Shown here one piece after another: positions 16,736-17,434 of a stretch of DNA of 17,434 nt. Made by a program: the position numbers and the translations under genes. Source of the stretch: a virus (Duplodnaviria; Heunggongvirae; Uroviricota; Caudoviricetes); IMG/VR virus record IMGVR_UViG_3300037067_014938, positions 1-17,434 of that record. One strand, given 5' to 3'. The stretch's first letter is position 1; the number at the start of each line of letters is the position of its first letter. Under the pieces are notes generated by a model. That model saw only the letters and a program-made list of their open reading frames with translations, did no database searches and was not told the DNA's origin.

Positions 16736-17264
16736 ACATGAAATAAACCAAGCATTACGTGATTTAATGACAAAAAATCCCAATATAATCTTATTAGGAC
16801 AAAGTATACGCGACCCATATGGCGGAGTAATGAAATGCACTAGAGGACTAACTAAAGATTTCAGTGATAGAATTATTGATTTACCGATATGTGAATCTGG
16901 ATCTGCCGGACTTGCAATAGGTTTAGCTATGCGAGGATATATTCCAATATTAGAAATTATGTTTTCTGATTTTATAACGTTATGTTACGACCAACTATAT
17001 AATATGCTCGGAAAAATATATGGGATGCATCAATTAAACACAAAGATTATTATCCGGACAATGCAGAATGATGATAAAATGTATGGTCCATCCCATAGTC
17101 AAGTTATGCACGCTGTAATAGAATCTCTTAATGAAGGAAAGTATCCCTGCCCGGTATCTTGGATTTACACTAGTAAATACAAAGTTTATTCCAAGATTAT
17201 TGAAGAAGCCTTGGAAAAAGCAAATCCTTTAACAGTTATTCTTGAACGAAAGGAACTATATTAA
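16725..17264 (+). CDS. E1 beta-like subunit, pyrimidine-binding domain only (179 aa)
   Basis: ATG at 16725 preferred over the TTG at 16698. INQAL...LLGQSI...YGGV, DLPICES (conserved Glu), EIMFSDF, GPSHSQ; ends at VILERKELY-stop with no transketolase C-terminal domain. Confidence 0.88.
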   Translation: MCTRHEINQALRDLMTKNPNIILLGQSIRDPYGGVMKCTRGLTKDFSDRIIDLPICESGSAGLAIGLAMRGYIPILEIMFSDFITLCYDQLYNMLGKIYGMHQLNTKIIIRTMQNDDKMYGPSHSQVMHAVIESLNEGKYPCPVSWIYTSKYKVYSKIIEEALEKANPLTVILERKELY

Positions 17265-17434
17265 TGAATACACTAGTGTTTTTACCTGGAGGTAAAGGAT
17301 TTGAGGTTGCTTGGGATTTTATATATAATAATCCAAATATTTTAACTTCATACGATTCAACAAATGTGATGATCATTGATGACCGTCCAATACGTATTAA
17401 TACCTATGATTGTATAACTGATGAACAAACTGGA
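17264..17434 (+). CDS. 5' part of a CDS truncated by the window edge; possible PglD/NeuD-like sugar acyltransferase N-terminal domain
   Basis: TAATG overlap at 17262-17266; open to the end: MNTLVFLPGGKGFEVAWDFIYNNPNILTSYDSTNVMIIDDRPIRINTYDCITDEQTG. Beta strand-GG-x-G-helix...IDD loosely resembles PglD_N. Not in the ORF track. Confidence 0.55.
   Translation, partial: MNTLVFLPGGKGFEVAWDFIYNNPNILTSYDSTNVMIIDDRPIRINTYDCITDEQTG

Larger units (their letters stand above)
1..17434. mobile_element. Tailed dsDNA phage or provirus genome segment (DNA-packaging module plus accessory glycan operon)
   Basis: Adjacent large terminase and portal genes, phage-type dNMP kinase, HNH nuclease, many small hypothetical genes, ATGA/TAATG gene overlaps, and no host housekeeping genes. 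No integrase or att site is visible. Confidence 0.9.

Noticed and set aside
15887-17264. Calling the E1 genes pdhA/pdhB of central metabolism
   Set aside because: No E2 or E3 in the window, truncated beta subunit and glycan-cluster context; gene symbols withheld.
9025-17434. Host LPS or capsule locus flanking a prophage
   Set aside because: Not favoured: it is translationally coupled to phage-type genes (dNMP kinase, HNH), interspersed with small phage-like hypotheticals, and lacks wzx/wzy/wzm-type genes in view. It cannot be fully excluded without flanking sequence.
1-17434. Stop-codon reassignment, inteins or introns, tRNA or rRNA genes
   Set aside because: Long ORFs tile the window under the standard bacterial code, with TAA, TGA and TAG all ending coupled genes; no intein splice motifs in TerL and no cloverleaf or rRNA-like sequence were seen.

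Overview
AT-rich, very densely coded segment that reads as a tailed dsDNA phage or provirus; host and integration state cannot be determined from this window. Two operons diverge from a ~630-bp structured intergenic region (6188-6820). The leftward (- strand) operon encodes a putative small terminase, a large terminase, a portal carrying a C-terminal MuF/gp7-like head-morphogenesis domain, a cupin, a coiled-coil protein with a C-terminal transmembrane helix, and a signal-peptide-bearing repeat protein that runs off the left edge and is missing from the ORF track. The rightward (+ strand) operon is translationally coupled from 6821 to beyond the right edge. It encodes a dNMP kinase with an internal duplication, an HNH nuclease and a glycan-biosynthesis cluster: five glycosyltransferase domains (GT9+CgeB fusion, two GT4-like, a second CgeB-like), an extended SDR nucleotide-sugar epimerase/dehydratase, a ThDP-dependent E1 alpha/beta pair (beta lacks its C-terminal domain) and a truncated possible acyltransferase. 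The leading hypothesis is a virus-encoded pathway that makes and transfers an unusual, probably branched-chain, sugar onto virion proteins, phage DNA or the host surface. The intergenic region holds a ~16.5-bp-periodic ACTATAGT array, helically phased T-tracts and three related 8-7-8 inverted-repeat sites. All family assignments come from motifs read by eye; no database search was run.
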